Source: Vulcanimicrobiota bacterium | GTDB taxonomy: Bacteria; Vulcanimicrobiota; Vulcanimicrobiia; Eremiobacterales; Eremiobacteraceae | DNA length: 64,000 nt | Reading direction: 5' to 3' | Assembly: GCA_963805945.1 (NCBI GenBank) | Contig: CAWDVP010000002.1 | Coordinates: forward strand, 256,001 to 320,000 | Shown here: positions 40,498-54,049 of the stretch, in pieces | Layout: each line of letters opens with the position of its first letter | Position numbering within the stretch: the stretch's first letter is position 1 | Notes under the pieces: generated by a model | What the model was told of the DNA's origin: nothing | Databases searched by the model: none | What the model saw: the letters and a program-made list of their open reading frames with translations, nothing else | Translations under genes and position numbers: made by a program

Positions 40498-43400
40498 TCA
40501 CTTGAATGTGAACCGCATATCCATCAGATAGGTGACGAATCCTTGGGATGCGACGGTGGACAAGAAGTCGAGCGACGCGGTGTCGCGCAGCAGGTATGAG
40601 ACGCCGTACGCCTGCGTCACCGGCGCCGTCGTCGTCGATCGGTAGAGCACCGACACCGTCGGCGTCACGTACTTGCGCACTTCGACCACGAGATTGCTGT
40701 GCTGATCGAAACCGAGCGAGACGTCCTCCACGTTGAGCGTCTGCGCCAGCGCCGTCGAGAACGATCCCAGGATGTTGCTCGTCAGCTGTGCGCTGATGAT
40801 GCGCTGCGCCTCGCCGAGCAGGACCTGCTGGCTGCCGGCGCCGGTGAACTGGTCGAGGCTCGAGCACCCCGACGACCGATGCGAGGATCTGCTCGGGTGA
40901 CGCTCCCGCGTTCGAGGTGAACTGCGTGTTGAGATGATCGATGCGGCCGGAGAGGACGACGGTGACATGATCGCCTGAGGTGTTGGCGACCGCCTTGGCG
41001 TCGATGGTCGGCAGCACGCCTTGATCGGGATCGAAGGTCAGCGTGCCGTTCTGCAGGCGGAAGGTCGTGCCGAACGTGCTCAGCTGTCCGCGATCCGCGA
41101 TGAACTTCCCGGTGAGCTGGGGATCGCGCACGCTGCCGTCGATGGCGAGCGCGCCATGCGCCGTGAGGTCGAGCGGTCCGCCGTGCACGCGCATGTTCTG
41201 CGCGGTCGTCGTCACGGCGAGATTCACCGACGGCAGATCGAAGAGCGTCGGCGCCGGCGTGGCGAGGTCGGCCTCGGTGAGCAGATGCGGACCCGGTGCA
41301 TAGATCCCGTCGCCGTAGGCGATCATGTGGCCCGGCAGCAGGGGAGGCAGGCCAGGGATGTTCTTCGCCTGTGCCGCGCCCGATGTCTCGCCGAGCTTCG
41401 TCGCGAGTTCGTAGACCGCGGACAGCGGGATCAAGCCGTTGCGCAGGCTCAGGCTGCCCGAGAGGAACGGCGTGGCGCCCGACTTGTTCATGCTGATGTC
41501 GCCGTTCACGACCGCCGCCAGCCAGCCGGGCACGTCGAGCGGCACCGACGCGAAGGTCGAGCCGCGAATGATACGACAGGCCTGCGCTGCTGCGCAGGCC
41601 GACCGCCGGCACGACGTACGCCGCGCCGGCGCCGCTGAACGAGCCGGCACCGACCGCGCCCGAGAGATGGTCGATCGCGATCGAATCGTGCGACAGCACC
41701 GCGTTCGCTCGGATGTCGCGCAGCGGCGTGCGCTGGAACTTCGTCGTCACTTCCCCGCCTTGCAGCGACGCGGTACCGGCGAGATCGGGTTTGCCGGCGG
41801 TGCCGGTCGCCGAGGCGGTCGACGTCGAGCGAGCCGCCGAGCGTGCCGAAACCGGTCGAGCAGCGGATCGAAGACGGCGAGATCGATCTTCTGCCCGCGC
41901 AGGCGCACGTCCATCCGCCTCTCGGGCGGACCCAAAGCGAGCGGCTTCAACTGCAACGGCAGCGAACCCGCGAGATCGATGCTCCCGCCGCCGCCGCCGA
42001 GGGTGAGCGTGGTGTCGCTGATCTCGAGCGACTGTTCCGAGTACGACGCATGCGCGGACAGCCCGTCGAATGCGACGCCGAACGCGCTGCCTTTGCCCGC
42101 GCGCACGAACGCGGTGTAGCTGCGGCGCGTGCACGTCGCCCGCGATCTCAAGGTGCCGGTCGCGCTGCCGCGCAGCGCGACGGGCCGCCCGATGAGCGCG
42201 CCCACGCCGCGCAAGATCCGTGACCACGACGTCGGCGAGCGCGTGCAGCTGGCCGTTGCGGCTGAGCGATCCAGTCGCCGTCGCGCTGCCGAACGGCAGT
42301 TCCATGCTGGCTGGAGCGCAGCGTGAGGGTCGAGGGATCCGCCGACAGCGATGCCTTGCGCCGCGCGCAGCGGCACCTTGCGCACGTAGCCGTCCTGGAC
42401 CGTGAACGACGCCGTGCCTGATGTGTGACGCGGCGTGCCGCTCGCCTGCACCGATGCGTCGAGCGTGCCGCGCAGACCGACATCCTCCAAGCCGGCGAAG
42501 CGTGCCGCCAGGCCGAGGTCGGCGTGATCGACGTTGCCCGCGACCGAGAAGGCGGCGCTGCCGAAATCCGGCAGCACGCCGTGATGCCGGCGGAACGAGA
42601 CGTCGCCGATCAAGCCGCTGCTGCCCAGATCGCCGCTCTGCGCGATCACCGCATGCAGGCCGCCTCCCGTTGCGCCGCTCAGCACCGCGCCGACCGAGCC
42701 GAGCGGCACGCCGCCGGCTTCCGCGCCGTCGACTTCGAAGCCGCCCTCGCGCTCGACACGCCGCGCGCGAACGAGACCGCGACATCGCCGCTGCCGATGC
42801 CCTGCAACGCGTTGTAGCCGTCGAAGAAATCGTTCACGTCGGACAGGTCCATGCGCGGGATCGCCGCGTGCGCCGCCGCTGCATCCTGCGTGTAGCGCCC
42901 GTCGAAATCGAGCACGCTCGAGCCGAGCTGCGAATGGCCGTCGCGCACGACGAATGAGCCGTGGCGCATGTCGAACGCGGCGCTCATCTGCGTGAAGATG
43001 ACGCCGCGGACCGTGCCGGCGCCGATACCGAGATCGCCGGCGATCTGCGGATCGCGAGCGGTGCCGCGCACGCTCGCGTGCGCGTTGAGAGTGCCGGTCA
43101 GGGGCGTGCCGGCGGGCAGATACGCGCCCACGATCCCGTTGACGTCGCCGTCGCGCACCGAGCCGTCGAGGACGAGCGGTGCGCTATCGAGCGGCACCGG
43201 CGGCGATGCCGCTCATGGTGCCGTGCACGTCCGCGCGCGTGCCCGCCACGTCGACGCGGCCGTTCGCGCTCAGATCACCGCCGTCGTAGACGATGTCCAC
43301 ATCGCCGTCGAGCGGGGTGCGACGATAGCGTCCGCCGGTCAAGGCGATGCCGGCGCTAGCGCGGTGCCGTTGCGGCTCGGCGTCGCGTTGCCGATGATCG

Positions 43401-45734
43401 TCGCGGTGCCGGCATCGAGCGGCAGGCCCGCGCCGCGCATCGCGCGCACGTCGATGCCGCTCGCCCAGAGACCCGTCGCCGCGCCGAGCGCGCCCGGCCG
43501 CGCTCACCGCGCCGCCCAACGCGTCCGCGCTTGCGGCGAAACGCATCGCGTCACCGTCGCCGCCGCTCGCGATGAGCGCGACGTCGTACAGCGGCACGCC
43601 GCCCACCGACGCGGCGCCGCCGGGGAAGGTCAGCGACGGCGGCCCAGCCGCCGCTGTTGATCGCCGCTTCGAAGCCGCCAGTCGGCGCGCCCGCTCGCCG
43701 CGACGCCCGCGACTGCTGGAAGGCTATCGAGGTTGAGCGAGCCGTCGCCGCGCAGCGCGATCGAGTACGCCAGAGCTTGGCAGGCTCGATGCGCGCCGCG
43801 CCGCGTGCGCGCAGCGTCACGTCGCGGCCGGCGATCGACGCCTCGTCCACCGCGACGCGCGGTCCGGCGCCGTGCGCGCGCAACCGCACGTCGTCGAGCG
43901 CCCGGCCGGCGACCAGCATGTCGCGGCCGCGCAGGTCGACGGCGGTGAGCAGCGCTCCGCTCGCGTCGTCGGAGCCGTGCAGCACCGCGACGCCGTCGAT
44001 CGTGCCCGAGGACGCCGGGATCCAGATCGACGGGAGTGAGGCCGGGCAGCGCGACCGCGCTGCTCGACAGACGCAGCGGCGCGTGCGATGCGACGATGCT
44101 CGCGAACAACGAGCGCGCTGGGAGCAGCGGATCGGTCACGGTCGCATCAGGGGGTGCGCGCTGATACGACGTGCCGCGCGGTGATGTCGCCCTTCGGCCA
44201 CGCCACCATCGCCGCCCCGAACGCCGCTTCGCCGAAACGGCCGGCGATGGCGGTCCGCATCGTCGCCCGTTCTCCGCGGAAGGTGCGCGCGAAGACGTTG
44301 AACTCCGCAGAATCGACCGGGCCCGCGAGCGAGAGCTGCGCCTGCACGCTGCCCTGCCGATTGAGGCTGGCCGCGAGCGGCACGCTCGCGACGGGCAGCG
44401 ATGCGCCCGCACGCAGCTGGACGATCGGGACCTTCGCCGACGAAGTCGACGTCGCCGTCGCCCCAGAGCGTGCCGCCCGCATAGCCGGCCCCGGCGTGTT
44501 CCAGCGTGACGTGCCCATCATTATAATAGAAGAAAGCGTGCGGCTGCTGCAGGGGCGCTCCGCCGACGCGGGCGACCCCGCCCGACGTCACCTCTCCGGC
44601 GACCCGCGGCCCGTCGATCGGGCCGTCCACGCGCAACGTCGCGTCGAAGGGGCCCGCGAGCGGCGCATGCCGGCTCGCTTCGAAGAGCGCGCGCGCTTGA
44701 TGGAAGTCGCCCGCGGCGTGTGCCCGCAGCGTGAGCCGCAGGTCGCCGCCCAGCAGACGGATGCTGCCGTTCGCCTTGAGCGGAATGCTCGCGATGTCGC
44801 CGCGCACGGCATCGAAGCCGAGGTAGCCGCCGCGCAGATGCACCGTGCCGGCGAGATCGCGCACCGGCGCGGCCAGCGGCATGACGTGCAGTCGTCCGAC
44901 GCGGACGTCGGCGCTGCCGCTCAGTTGCCACACCGGTCCCCGCTCCGCGGTGTAGCCCGCGTCGAACGCGCGCAGCGTCACATCCGCCACCCCGCGTTCG
45001 AAGACGAGGTGTGGTGTGGAGATGAATGCGTCGAGCGGGGGCGCGAGCGCCGCCGAGGGCGCGACGACCACCAGCTCGGCGAAGCCGACCGAGTCGTCTT
45101 GCGAGAGCGCCGCGCTGATCTGCGAGGTCATGCCTTCGGCCGCGTAGCGCGCGCGCAGCGCGCCGATGTCGCGCCCGCGATGCAGCGTCGCGTCGGCGTC
45201 TATGGCGTCGATAGAGAACGAGCGGCCGGGCGCGCCGTACGCGGTCGGGTTTTCGACGTCGATGCGTCCGCCCTCGACGCGCAGCCGGCAATCGAACGGC
45301 GTACGGTTCCCCGATGGGTAGCCCGACCGCGCGGGCTGTGCGGCCGTTGCGCTGATGAATGAAGAAAGGTCGGTCGAGCCGTCCGGCAGCACGAAGATCC
45401 GCAGCACCGGCCGCTGCGCGTCGATCGCGCGCAGGCCATAGCGGCGGTCGCTGCGGCCGACGAGTCCATGCCAATCGAAGTCGACGGCGAGCCGTTGGAT
45501 CGCGAGGACGCGGCCGTGTGCATCGTCGATCTCGACGTCCGTCGCGACAAGCCTGTCAGTGGTGACTTGTAATCGGCCGGTGAAGTGCATGCCGTGCGAT
45601 GCCAGCCATATCGCGATGCCGGCGCGCACGAGCGCGCTGCGCGGGCCTTCGAAGCACAGCGCGCCGAAGAACAGCAGCGCGACGATCGCGACGGCGGCGG
45701 CGATGCGGAGGAGGGCGGTGCGAAGCGCGGCCAT
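40498..45734 (-). CDS. tamB: TamB/AsmA-like translocation-assembly protein (~5.2 kb); many frameshifts
   Basis: N-terminal TM; repeated beta-taco strands (GTARDPQIAG, GSVRDPQLTG); C-terminal TamB-like region (GQLSTFGTTFRLQNGTLTFD); upstream of bamA. Confidence 0.8.
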
Positions 45735-45745
45735 GCCCGCTGCTT

Positions 45746-45771
45746 ATTCCCCGATACGCGGGGTCATACCC
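45746..45771 (-). promoter_or_regulatory. Candidate sigmaH-like promoter for tamB (GGGT-N18-GAAT, 11 nt before ATG)
   Basis: Minus strand CGGGTATGACCCCGCGTATCGGGGAAT; no SD. Confidence 0.45.
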
Positions 45772-45782
45772 GGAGGCCCGGT

Positions 45783-47754
<1,972 letters not shown>

Positions 47755-47774
47755 TTACATCACATGTAGCCTTG

Positions 47775-48728
47775 CTATGATAGTTTCTCGCGAGCGGGGC
47801 GCGGCGCCTTTCGCGCGGGCGGCGGTGCGTGGAGCGCGTCGGCCCATTCGCGGCCCAGCACGTCGCTCACGACGGCTTTGCTGATCGCCGACTGCGGCCG
47901 CTGCGCCACCATCATGACGTAGCTCCACGCCGTGACGCGGTCGGCCGCCTCGAGCGCGCCGCGTCGTAGGCGCGCGCGCGCGTTGTAGAGCTGTTGCTCC
48001 CACGACGTCAGCAAGCCGCGCCGCACCCGTTCGTAGCCGCCCTTGCGCATGTGGGGCAACTGCGCCGCGACTTCGGCACGGCCCAGCCACGGCGCGACGG
48101 TGAGCACGTGCGCGATCTTGCCGTCATCCGCTCGACGGAGTTCTTCGGCGCACGGCCCGCACAGAGCGCCCACACCGAGGGCTGGGCCGGGCGACCAATT
48201 ACCGCACGACGTGCAGCGCTGCCAACCATCCTGCGCACGCTGCCGATCGAGACGCGCCTTGCTCGCGGCGCAACTGCGCGACGAGACCCGCGATATCATC
48301 CCCCTCGAGGGCGCTGCCGTCAAGGGTCGTCGCGCCGCGGCAGCTCCAGTAGCGCCCGAGCGAAGTTCGGGCCTTGACCGCTTATCCGGATCCGCCGCGC
48401 CCGCGGCGCCGGCGAGCAGCGCGCGGCTTCGGCCGGTCGCGACGGTGAACTTGAGCCGGCGCACATCGATGCCCGGACAACGCTCTCGCAAGCGTTCGAT
48501 GATGGTCGGCGCGAGAAACGTGAGCTGATGGCTCCATGCGCTGCTCGGCGTGATCACCGCGAGCGTGCCGTCGCGATAGCCGGACGTCCGCGTCCGGCGC
48601 GCGACGTCGGCGCCGACCGCATCGGGCCACGCGGCCGCGAGCGCGCCCGCTTCGCCGCCGGGCTGCGCGCGTTCGCCTGCCGGCCGCCAACCTGCCAGCA
48701 GCGATCGCAAGGTCTTCGGCCCGTTCAT
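47775..48728 (-). CDS. DciA/DUF721 family protein with a C-terminal zinc ribbon
   Basis: AWPDAVG..RTSGYRDGTLAV..SSAWSHQLTF; CTSC..CGPC; recF-DUF721-gyrB synteny. Confidence 0.8.
   Translation of the reverse strand: MNGPKTLRSLLAGWRPAGERAQPGGEAGALAAAWPDAVGADVARRTRTSGYRDGTLAVITPSSAWSHQLTFLAPTIIERLRERCPGIDVRRLKFTVATGRSRALLAGAAGAADPDKRSRPELRSGATGAAAARRPLTAAPSRGMISRVSSRSCAASKARLDRQRAQDGWQRCTSCGNWSPGPALGVGALCGPCAEELRRADDGKIAHVLTVAPWLGRAEVAAQLPHMRKGGYERVRRGLLTSWEQQLYNARARLRRGALEAADRVTAWSYVMMVAQRPQSAISKAVVSDVLGREWADALHAPPPARKAPRPAREKLS
48349..48372 (+). repeat. REP-like palindrome class B inside the dciA linker (antisense to the gene)
   Basis: GTAG-CGCCCGAGC-GAA-GTTCGGGC; read by the gene as RPELRSGAT. 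Confidence 0.68.
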
Positions 48729-49849
48729 GCGCTCACGCCCGCTTCGACGGCAGTGATGGCTCCGGCGCGCACTTCGACGACGCGGCTGGCGTGCAGCGGC
48801 GCCGCATCGGCGAGATCGGTCGCGGTGATGAACGCCTGCTCGAAGCCGGCGATGCCGGACAAGAACGCCCGCCGTCGATCGGCATCGAGTTCGGAGAGCA
48901 CGTCGTCGAGCAGCAGCAGCGGCGCCTCGCCGGCCGCCGCATGCAAGAGCGCGTATTCAGCCGCTTTGAGCGCGAGCACGGCGGTGCGCTGCTGGCCCTG
49001 CGAGCCGTAGCGCGCCAGGGAACGGCCGCCGAGCGTGATGCCGATGTCGTCGCGGTGCGGACCGACGAGCGATACCTTGCGCGCGGCTTCTGCCGGCGCC
49101 ATCTGCACGAGCGCTTCGGCGAGGCGCGCTGCGACCGCGCCGGGCGATTCATCGGGCTGCGCCGGCGACGGCGCGTAGTGCACCTCGAGCTCCTCGTGGC
49201 TGCCGACCCAGCGCGCATGCGCGGCCGCGGCTTCGTGCGTCAACCGGCGCACGTACGGCGCACGCGCGCACACGAGCCGTGTGCCGAGTTCGACGAACTG
49301 CTCGTTGTACGTCGCGAGCAGCGCGCGGTCGCCGGCGTCGCGCGATCGCAAGAACGCGTTCTTCTGCGCGAGCACCTTGACGAAGGCCGCGAGGTCGCCG
49401 TAATAGCCGCGATCGGTCTGCGAGATGGTCGCGTTGATGAGCCGGCGCCGCAGACTCGCGGGGCCGGTGATGAGGCCGAGGTCCGCCGGCACGAAGGTCA
49501 CCGCGGTGACGCCGCCGAGGAAATGTGCATACGAAACGCCGCGGCCGTTGCGCACGAAGCGTTTGCGCGCGCCTTCGCCGGCACGCGTGATGAAGCAGCC
49601 GGCGGTCGTCTCGCCCATGCGCGTGCGCACGCGCGCGGTCACGCTCGCGGCGGGCGCGTCGAAGCGTATGAGATCGGCCTCGCGACCCGGACGAAACGAT
49701 TTGCCGAGCGCGAGCAGCGCGAGCGCCTCGAGCAGATTGGACTTGCCTTGTGCGTTCGCACCCGTGAGGACGCACGCGCCCTCCGGCGGTTCGAAGCGGA
49801 GGGCGGCGTAGTTGCGGAAGTTCGACAGTTCGAGCGAGAGGACGCGCAC
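48725..49849 (-). CDS. recF: DNA replication/repair protein RecF
   Basis: GTG 49849; NFRNY, GANAQGKSNLLEA, GPHRDD, SQGQQR, LLLDDVLSELD. Confidence 0.95.
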   Translation of the reverse strand: MRVLSLELSNFRNYAALRFEPPEGACVLTGANAQGKSNLLEALALLALGKSFRPGREADLIRFDAPAASVTARVRTRMGETTAGCFITRAGEGARKRFVRNGRGVSYAHFLGGVTAVTFVPADLGLITGPASLRRRLINATISQTDRGYYGDLAAFVKVLAQKNAFLRSRDAGDRALLATYNEQFVELGTRLVCARAPYVRRLTHEAAAAHARWVGSHEELEVHYAPSPAQPDESPGAVAARLAEALVQMAPAEAARKVSLVGPHRDDIGITLGGRSLARYGSQGQQRTAVLALKAAEYALLHAAAGEAPLLLLDDVLSELDADRRRAFLSGIAGFEQAFITATDLADAAPLHASRVVEVRAGAITAVEAGVSA

Positions 49850-49854
49850 GGGCG

Positions 49855-50967
49855 TTACTGGCGCAGCGGCATGAGGATGTAGAGCTGGCGTTCGGCGAGC
49901 TCGCCCGTGGCGGGGCGCAACGCGCCGGGATTGAGCGCGCCCTGGAAGCTCATCGCGACGGTGTCGCTTGCCACGTGATTGAGGATCTCGACGAGATACT
50001 TCGCGTTGAAGGCGATGGTGAGCGCCTCGCCGGTGCGCTCGACGTCGATCTCCTCGTACGCCGTGCCCGCGGTGTCCGAGCTTGCGGTGATGACCAGGCT
50101 CGTGCCGTCCATGGCGAGCTTGACCATGCTGGCGCGATCGCCGGCGATCTGCTCGGCGCGTTTGAGGCTGCCGAGCATCTGCTCGGTGCTCGCGATGACG
50201 CGCTTGTCGAACTCCTTGGGGATGACTTGTTGATAGTTGGGATACTGCCCGTCGATCAGCCGCGCGATCACCTTGACGTCGCCCGTGTTGAAGACGAGCT
50301 GATTGGACTGGCCGCCCAAGACGGTCGCTTCGATGATGCCGCCGCTGGCCGCGCGCACCACTTCGCCCAACGCGCGCGCCGGCACGATGAGCTTCGCGGG
50401 CGTCTTGATGGGCTCGGCGAGCGCGAGCGAATAGCGCGCCAGCCGGTAGCCGTCGGTGGCGACCATGGTGAGCGAACTGCCTTCCAGTTCCAGCAGCGTG
50501 CCCATGAGCACCGGGCCGCGCGCCTCTTCGCTCGAGGCGGCGAACGTCACCGCAGACGCGGCGTCGCGGAACGCTTTGGCGTCGATGCGGAACTGATCCG
50601 CGGACTTGCCCTCGGGCAACGGCGGAAATTCTTCCGGTGGCAAGGCGAAGAACTCGTAGTTGGAGCGCGCGCACTTGACGCTGGCGCGGCTCGCCGTGCC
50701 TGCCATCTCAAGCGTGGCCGCCGGCAGGTTGGCGAGATAGCCGGAGAACAGCCGCGCCGGCACGGTGCACTGCCCTTCCTCGGTCACTTCGGCGGTGAAC
50801 GCGTTCTCCAGCGTCAGCTCGAGGTCGGTGGCACGCACGCTCACCCGGCCCTTGCGCGCCGACAGCAAGACGTTGCCCAAGATCGGCATGGTCGTATGCG
50901 CGTTGACCACTTTGCTGGCCGCGGCGACGGCGCCCGCGATCTCCTTCGCGTTGCAGCTGAACTTCAT
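49855..50967 (-). CDS. dnaN: DNA polymerase III beta sliding clamp
   Basis: ATG 50967; ATDLE, ATDGYRLA, RLIDGQYPNYQQVIP, FNAKYL, LMPLR. Confidence 0.96.
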   Translation of the reverse strand: MKFSCNAKEIAGAVAAASKVVNAHTTMPILGNVLLSARKGRVSVRATDLELTLENAFTAEVTEEGQCTVPARLFSGYLANLPAATLEMAGTASRASVKCARSNYEFFALPPEEFPPLPEGKSADQFRIDAKAFRDAASAVTFAASSEEARGPVLMGTLLELEGSSLTMVATDGYRLARYSLALAEPIKTPAKLIVPARALGEVVRAASGGIIEATVLGGQSNQLVFNTGDVKVIARLIDGQYPNYQQVIPKEFDKRVIASTEQMLGSLKRAEQIAGDRASMVKLAMDGTSLVITASSDTAGTAYEEIDVERTGEALTIAFNAKYLVEILNHVASDTVAMSFQGALNPGALRPATGELAERQLYILMPLRQ

Positions 50968-51283
50968 CCGTGTCCCTCGTGTCGTGCGTTGTGGAGCGGG
51001 CGAGTTCACTCGACCGTGTGGGTCGTAGTTATTCGCAACGTCTCCGAGTTCATCCCGAGTCCTTATAAGATTTCTTTATGTCATCGTCTTCATAGTAGAG
51101 CGGTGCACACTGGGGATGGAGCATCGCCACCTGCGGCGGCGGGGCTTTGCGCGTGTGGCCGGCTGTGGAGCGGAACGCTGCACCATGCACCGATCGCACA
51201 GCGGGCGCGCCGGCACGGCGCTGGCCCTGTAGTTGTCCACCCCATCCGCAGCCTATCCACGGGCGGGATGAAACGCCGCCCGT
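50968..51283. other. oriC, dnaA-dnaN intergenic part (degenerate DnaA boxes, DnaA-trio-like run, AT-rich DUE)
   Basis: TTGTCCACC ~51233, CTATCCACG ~51253; minus-strand CTACTATGAAGACGATGAC followed by ATAAAGAAATCTTATAAGG. Confidence 0.75.
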
Positions 51284-52663
51284 CTAGCCGTCTTGGCTGA
51301 TCGTCGCGACCACGGATTTCAGCTTGCTGCGGAACTCCGGATCATGCTCCATCTGATCTTTGACCTTGTTGCGCGCGTACATCACGGTGGTGTGGTCTTT
51401 CTTGCCGAATTCGCGCGCGATCTGCGGCAGCGACGCGTTGGTGAGGTCGCAGGCGAGATACATCGCGATCTGGCGCGGCACGGTGAGGCGGTGGTCGCGG
51501 CGCTGGCCCTCGAGCTCCTTGAGCGTGATGCCGTGGAAGCGGGCGACCTTCTCCTTGATGAGGGCGATGGTGACCTTGCGCAGCGGCACCTCTTGGATCT
51601 CGTTGCGCAGCACTTCGGTGGCCAGCTCCACGGTGATGGGCTTCTTATAGAGCGAGGCGTAGGCCGTCAGCTTGATGAGCGCGCCCTCGAGCTGGCGGAT
51701 GTTCGACGGGATGATCTTGGCGATGTACGAGGTGACCTCGTGCGGCACATCGATGTGGTCGCTCTCGGCCTTCTTGCGCAGGATCGCCTCGCGCGTCTCG
51801 AGATCGGGCTGCTGGATGTCGGTGAGCAGGCCCCATTCGAACCGCGAGCGCAGGCGGTTCTCCAGCGTCTGGATGTCCTTGGGCGGGCGGTCGCTCGAGA
51901 TGACGAGCTGCTTGCTGGCCTCGTGCAGTGTGTTGAAGGTATGGAAGAACTCTTCTTGCGTCTGCTCTTTGCCCTCCAGGAACTGGATGTCGTCGATGAG
52001 CAGCACGTCGACCGTGCGATAGCGGTTGCGGAACTCCACCGTCTGGTTGTTCTTGATGGCGGTGATGAACTCGTTGGTGAACGTCTCGGAAGAGACGTAG
52101 ACGACGCGCGCTTTCGGATCGGACATGATGACGCGATGGCCGATGGCGTGCATGAGGTGGGTCTTGCCCAGTCCGACCGCGCCATAGATGAAGAGGGGAT
52201 TGTACGCGCGCGCCGGCGAGTCGGCCACCGCCTGGGCGGCCGCGTGCGCGAAGCGGTTGGTGGCGCCGACGACGAACTGCTCGAAGGTGTAGCGATCGGT
52301 TAGCCCGGTGAGCCGGAAATCGTCGTTGACCGGCTCCGGCGCGGCAGCCGTTTCCGTGGCCGGCTGGGCCGCCTGTCCCGTTCCTTGGTCCACGACGTCC
52401 TCGATGACGAAGCGGACGTTCATGGGTGCCCCCATGATCTCGGTGAGCGTCCCCAAGATGGTGCTCTTCAACCGGTTCTCGGCCCAATCTTTGGCAAAGG
52501 CGTTCTGCACGGTGAGGGTGATCTCGTCAGGCGTCATGCGCGTGACGCGCATCGGCTTTATCCATGTCTCGAAGATCGGTTTGGTGAATCGATTTTCCAG
52601 CGCGCCCAGACAGCTCTGCCACAGATATTCTTCGTTGGTGCCGATGACGGTTGCCACTTCCAT
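51284..52663 (-). CDS. dnaA: Chromosomal replication initiator DnaA
   Basis: YTFEQFVVG, YNPLFIYGAVGLGKTHL, LLIDDIQF, RLRSRFEWGL, KDHTTVM. Confidence 0.97.
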   Translation of the reverse strand: MEVATVIGTNEEYLWQSCLGALENRFTKPIFETWIKPMRVTRMTPDEITLTVQNAFAKDWAENRLKSTILGTLTEIMGAPMNVRFVIEDVVDQGTGQAAQPATETAAAPEPVNDDFRLTGLTDRYTFEQFVVGATNRFAHAAAQAVADSPARAYNPLFIYGAVGLGKTHLMHAIGHRVIMSDPKARVVYVSSETFTNEFITAIKNNQTVEFRNRYRTVDVLLIDDIQFLEGKEQTQEEFFHTFNTLHEASKQLVISSDRPPKDIQTLENRLRSRFEWGLLTDIQQPDLETREAILRKKAESDHIDVPHEVTSYIAKIIPSNIRQLEGALIKLTAYASLYKKPITVELATEVLRNEIQEVPLRKVTIALIKEKVARFHGITLKELEGQRRDHRLTVPRQIAMYLACDLTNASLPQIAREFGKKDHTTVMYARNKVKDQMEHDPEFRSKLKSVVATISQDG

Positions 52664-52732
52664 CACATCTTTCTCTCGTTCGTAAAGGAATGGTCGTCCG
52701 AGTCGAGACACGGAAACGGACGGGCTCGCCGC

Positions 52733-52758
52733 TTTAGGGAGCGCAACGCCTTATTCCT
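52733..52758 (-). promoter_or_regulatory. Candidate sigmaH-like promoter for dnaA (AGGA-N18-TAAA)
   Basis: Minus strand AAGGAATAAGGCGTTGCGCTCCCTAAA. Confidence 0.3.
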
Positions 52759-52778
52759 TCGAGGTTTGCGCGGTTTTT

Positions 52779-53125
52779 CTATGCACATATCCACAGCAAA
52801 AGCACGGACGATGTGCATGGCTTTCGGACGTGTGCGCGCGAGTCCCCGCACTGTCTGCCCGCGCGCGTCCGGCGACGCCGTTTCTTGCGCGCGCGCGTGC
52901 CGTATGACGATGCGGGCGATCGGGGCGCTCAAAATCGCCGAAAAACGCGCAAGTCGAGGCTGCACGGGAGCCGGCGCCACCCCTGATTCCTATGCACAAC
53001 GTTATCCACAGGTGTGGATGAGGCGCTATCCTCGCCGGCTCGGATCGCATGAAGCCAGGAAAGACATAGCTTTGCGGCCTTTTTCAGCGCGCCGCCCCCG
53101 CGCGCTCATGCACCGCTTGTCCACC
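52779..53125. promoter_or_regulatory. DnaA-box cluster upstream of dnaA
   Basis: Perfect TTATCCACA 53002-53010; TGTGGATGA 53013-53021; ATATCCACA 52787-52795; CTATGCACA 52779 and 52990; TTGTCCACC 53117. Confidence 0.85.
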
Positions 53126-53198
53126 CCCTGGGCGGCGGACACCCATGCGGGGCTCCCAGGCGCCTGCCCCACGAGTCGCAGCGCGCCGCCTGGCTTTC

Positions 53199-53228
53199 TT
53201 GACGGTTCCGCGCCGGAGCCGCTATAAT
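53199..53228 (+). promoter_or_regulatory. sigma70-type promoter for the rpmH operon
   Basis: TTGACG-N18-TATAAT. Confidence 0.8.
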
Positions 53229-53300
53229 TACCGTTCATCGCCGAATTTCGCTCAAGTGCCGCCCCGCGCGGCACTTGCAATGTAGGAGTCCCTGGAAACT

Positions 53301-53438
53301 GTGAAACGTACTTTTCAGCCGCACAACCGCCGGCGCAAGCGGACCCATGGGTTCCGCTCCCGCATGGCCACCGCCAACGGCCGGCGCGTGCTCGCGGCGC
53401 GGCGCCGCAAGGGGCGCCAGCGCCTCACGCCGGACTAG
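53301..53438 (+). CDS. rpmH: 50S ribosomal protein L34 (not in the ORF track)
   Basis: Translated by hand: [52 protein letters not shown]. Confidence 0.97.
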   Translation: MKRTFQPHNRRRKRTHGFRSRMATANGRRVLAARRRKGRQRLTPD

Positions 53439-53458
53439 GTCCTCGCACGACGTTGGCC

Positions 53459-53826
53459 GTGCGCACATTCGACAGCTTGCGCGGCCGGCGAGAATTCACG
53501 ACTAGTGATCCGCCGCGGCACGGCGGCCGCGGCAAACGCGCTCACGGTGTTCGGCTTCGCGCCGCGACCAGAAACGCGCCGCACGAAAGTGGGCATCGTC
53601 GTGCCGAAGACCGTGGGCAAAGCGGTCGATCGCAACCGGCTGCGTCGCCGGTGCAAAGCGATCCTCGATCGCGCGGCGCTCGGTGCGCCGCATCGTTGGT
53701 ACGTCATCCAGTGCCGGCCCGGGGCGGCCGCGACTGACATTTGAAGAGTTGGGCAGACATCTCATGAGCGCTTTGGCTCGCTCGCAACGCCCGCGGCCGG
53801 CGGGGAACGCCCGGAGCCGCACGTGA
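53459..53826 (+). CDS. rnpA: Ribonuclease P protein component; frameshifted
   Basis: [30 protein letters not shown]; rpmH-rnpA-yidD synteny. Confidence 0.9.
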
Positions 53827-54029
53827 ATCCGCTGGTCGTCGCGATCCGCGCCTATCAGCGCACGCTGTCGAAGATGTTGCCGAGCGCGTGCCGCTTCACG
53901 CCCTCGTGCTCGGAGTACGCCGCGCAGGCGATCGAGCGCTACGGCAGCGCGAAGGGTTCGGCGCTCGCCGCCAAGAGGCTGCTGCGCTGTCAGCCCTGGC
54001 ATCCCGGCGGCCACGATCCGGTCCCGTAG
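53823..54029 (+). CDS. yidD: Membrane protein insertion efficiency factor YidD
   Basis: [33 protein letters not shown]. Confidence 0.95.
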   Translation: MNPLVVAIRAYQRTLSKMLPSACRFTPSCSEYAAQAIERYGSAKGSALAAKRLLRCQPWHPGGHDPVP

Positions 54030-54049
54030 ACGTTAGATAAAGAAGAGGC

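Noticed and set aside
47775..48250. Zinc-ribbon extension on DciA as a novelty
   Set aside because: DUF721 proteins with zinc-ribbon extensions are already known.
48725..50674. 649-aa ORF suggesting a DnaN-RecF fusion
   Set aside because: The upstream part is an alternative open frame over dnaN; dnaN has its own stop and recF starts at GTG 49849.
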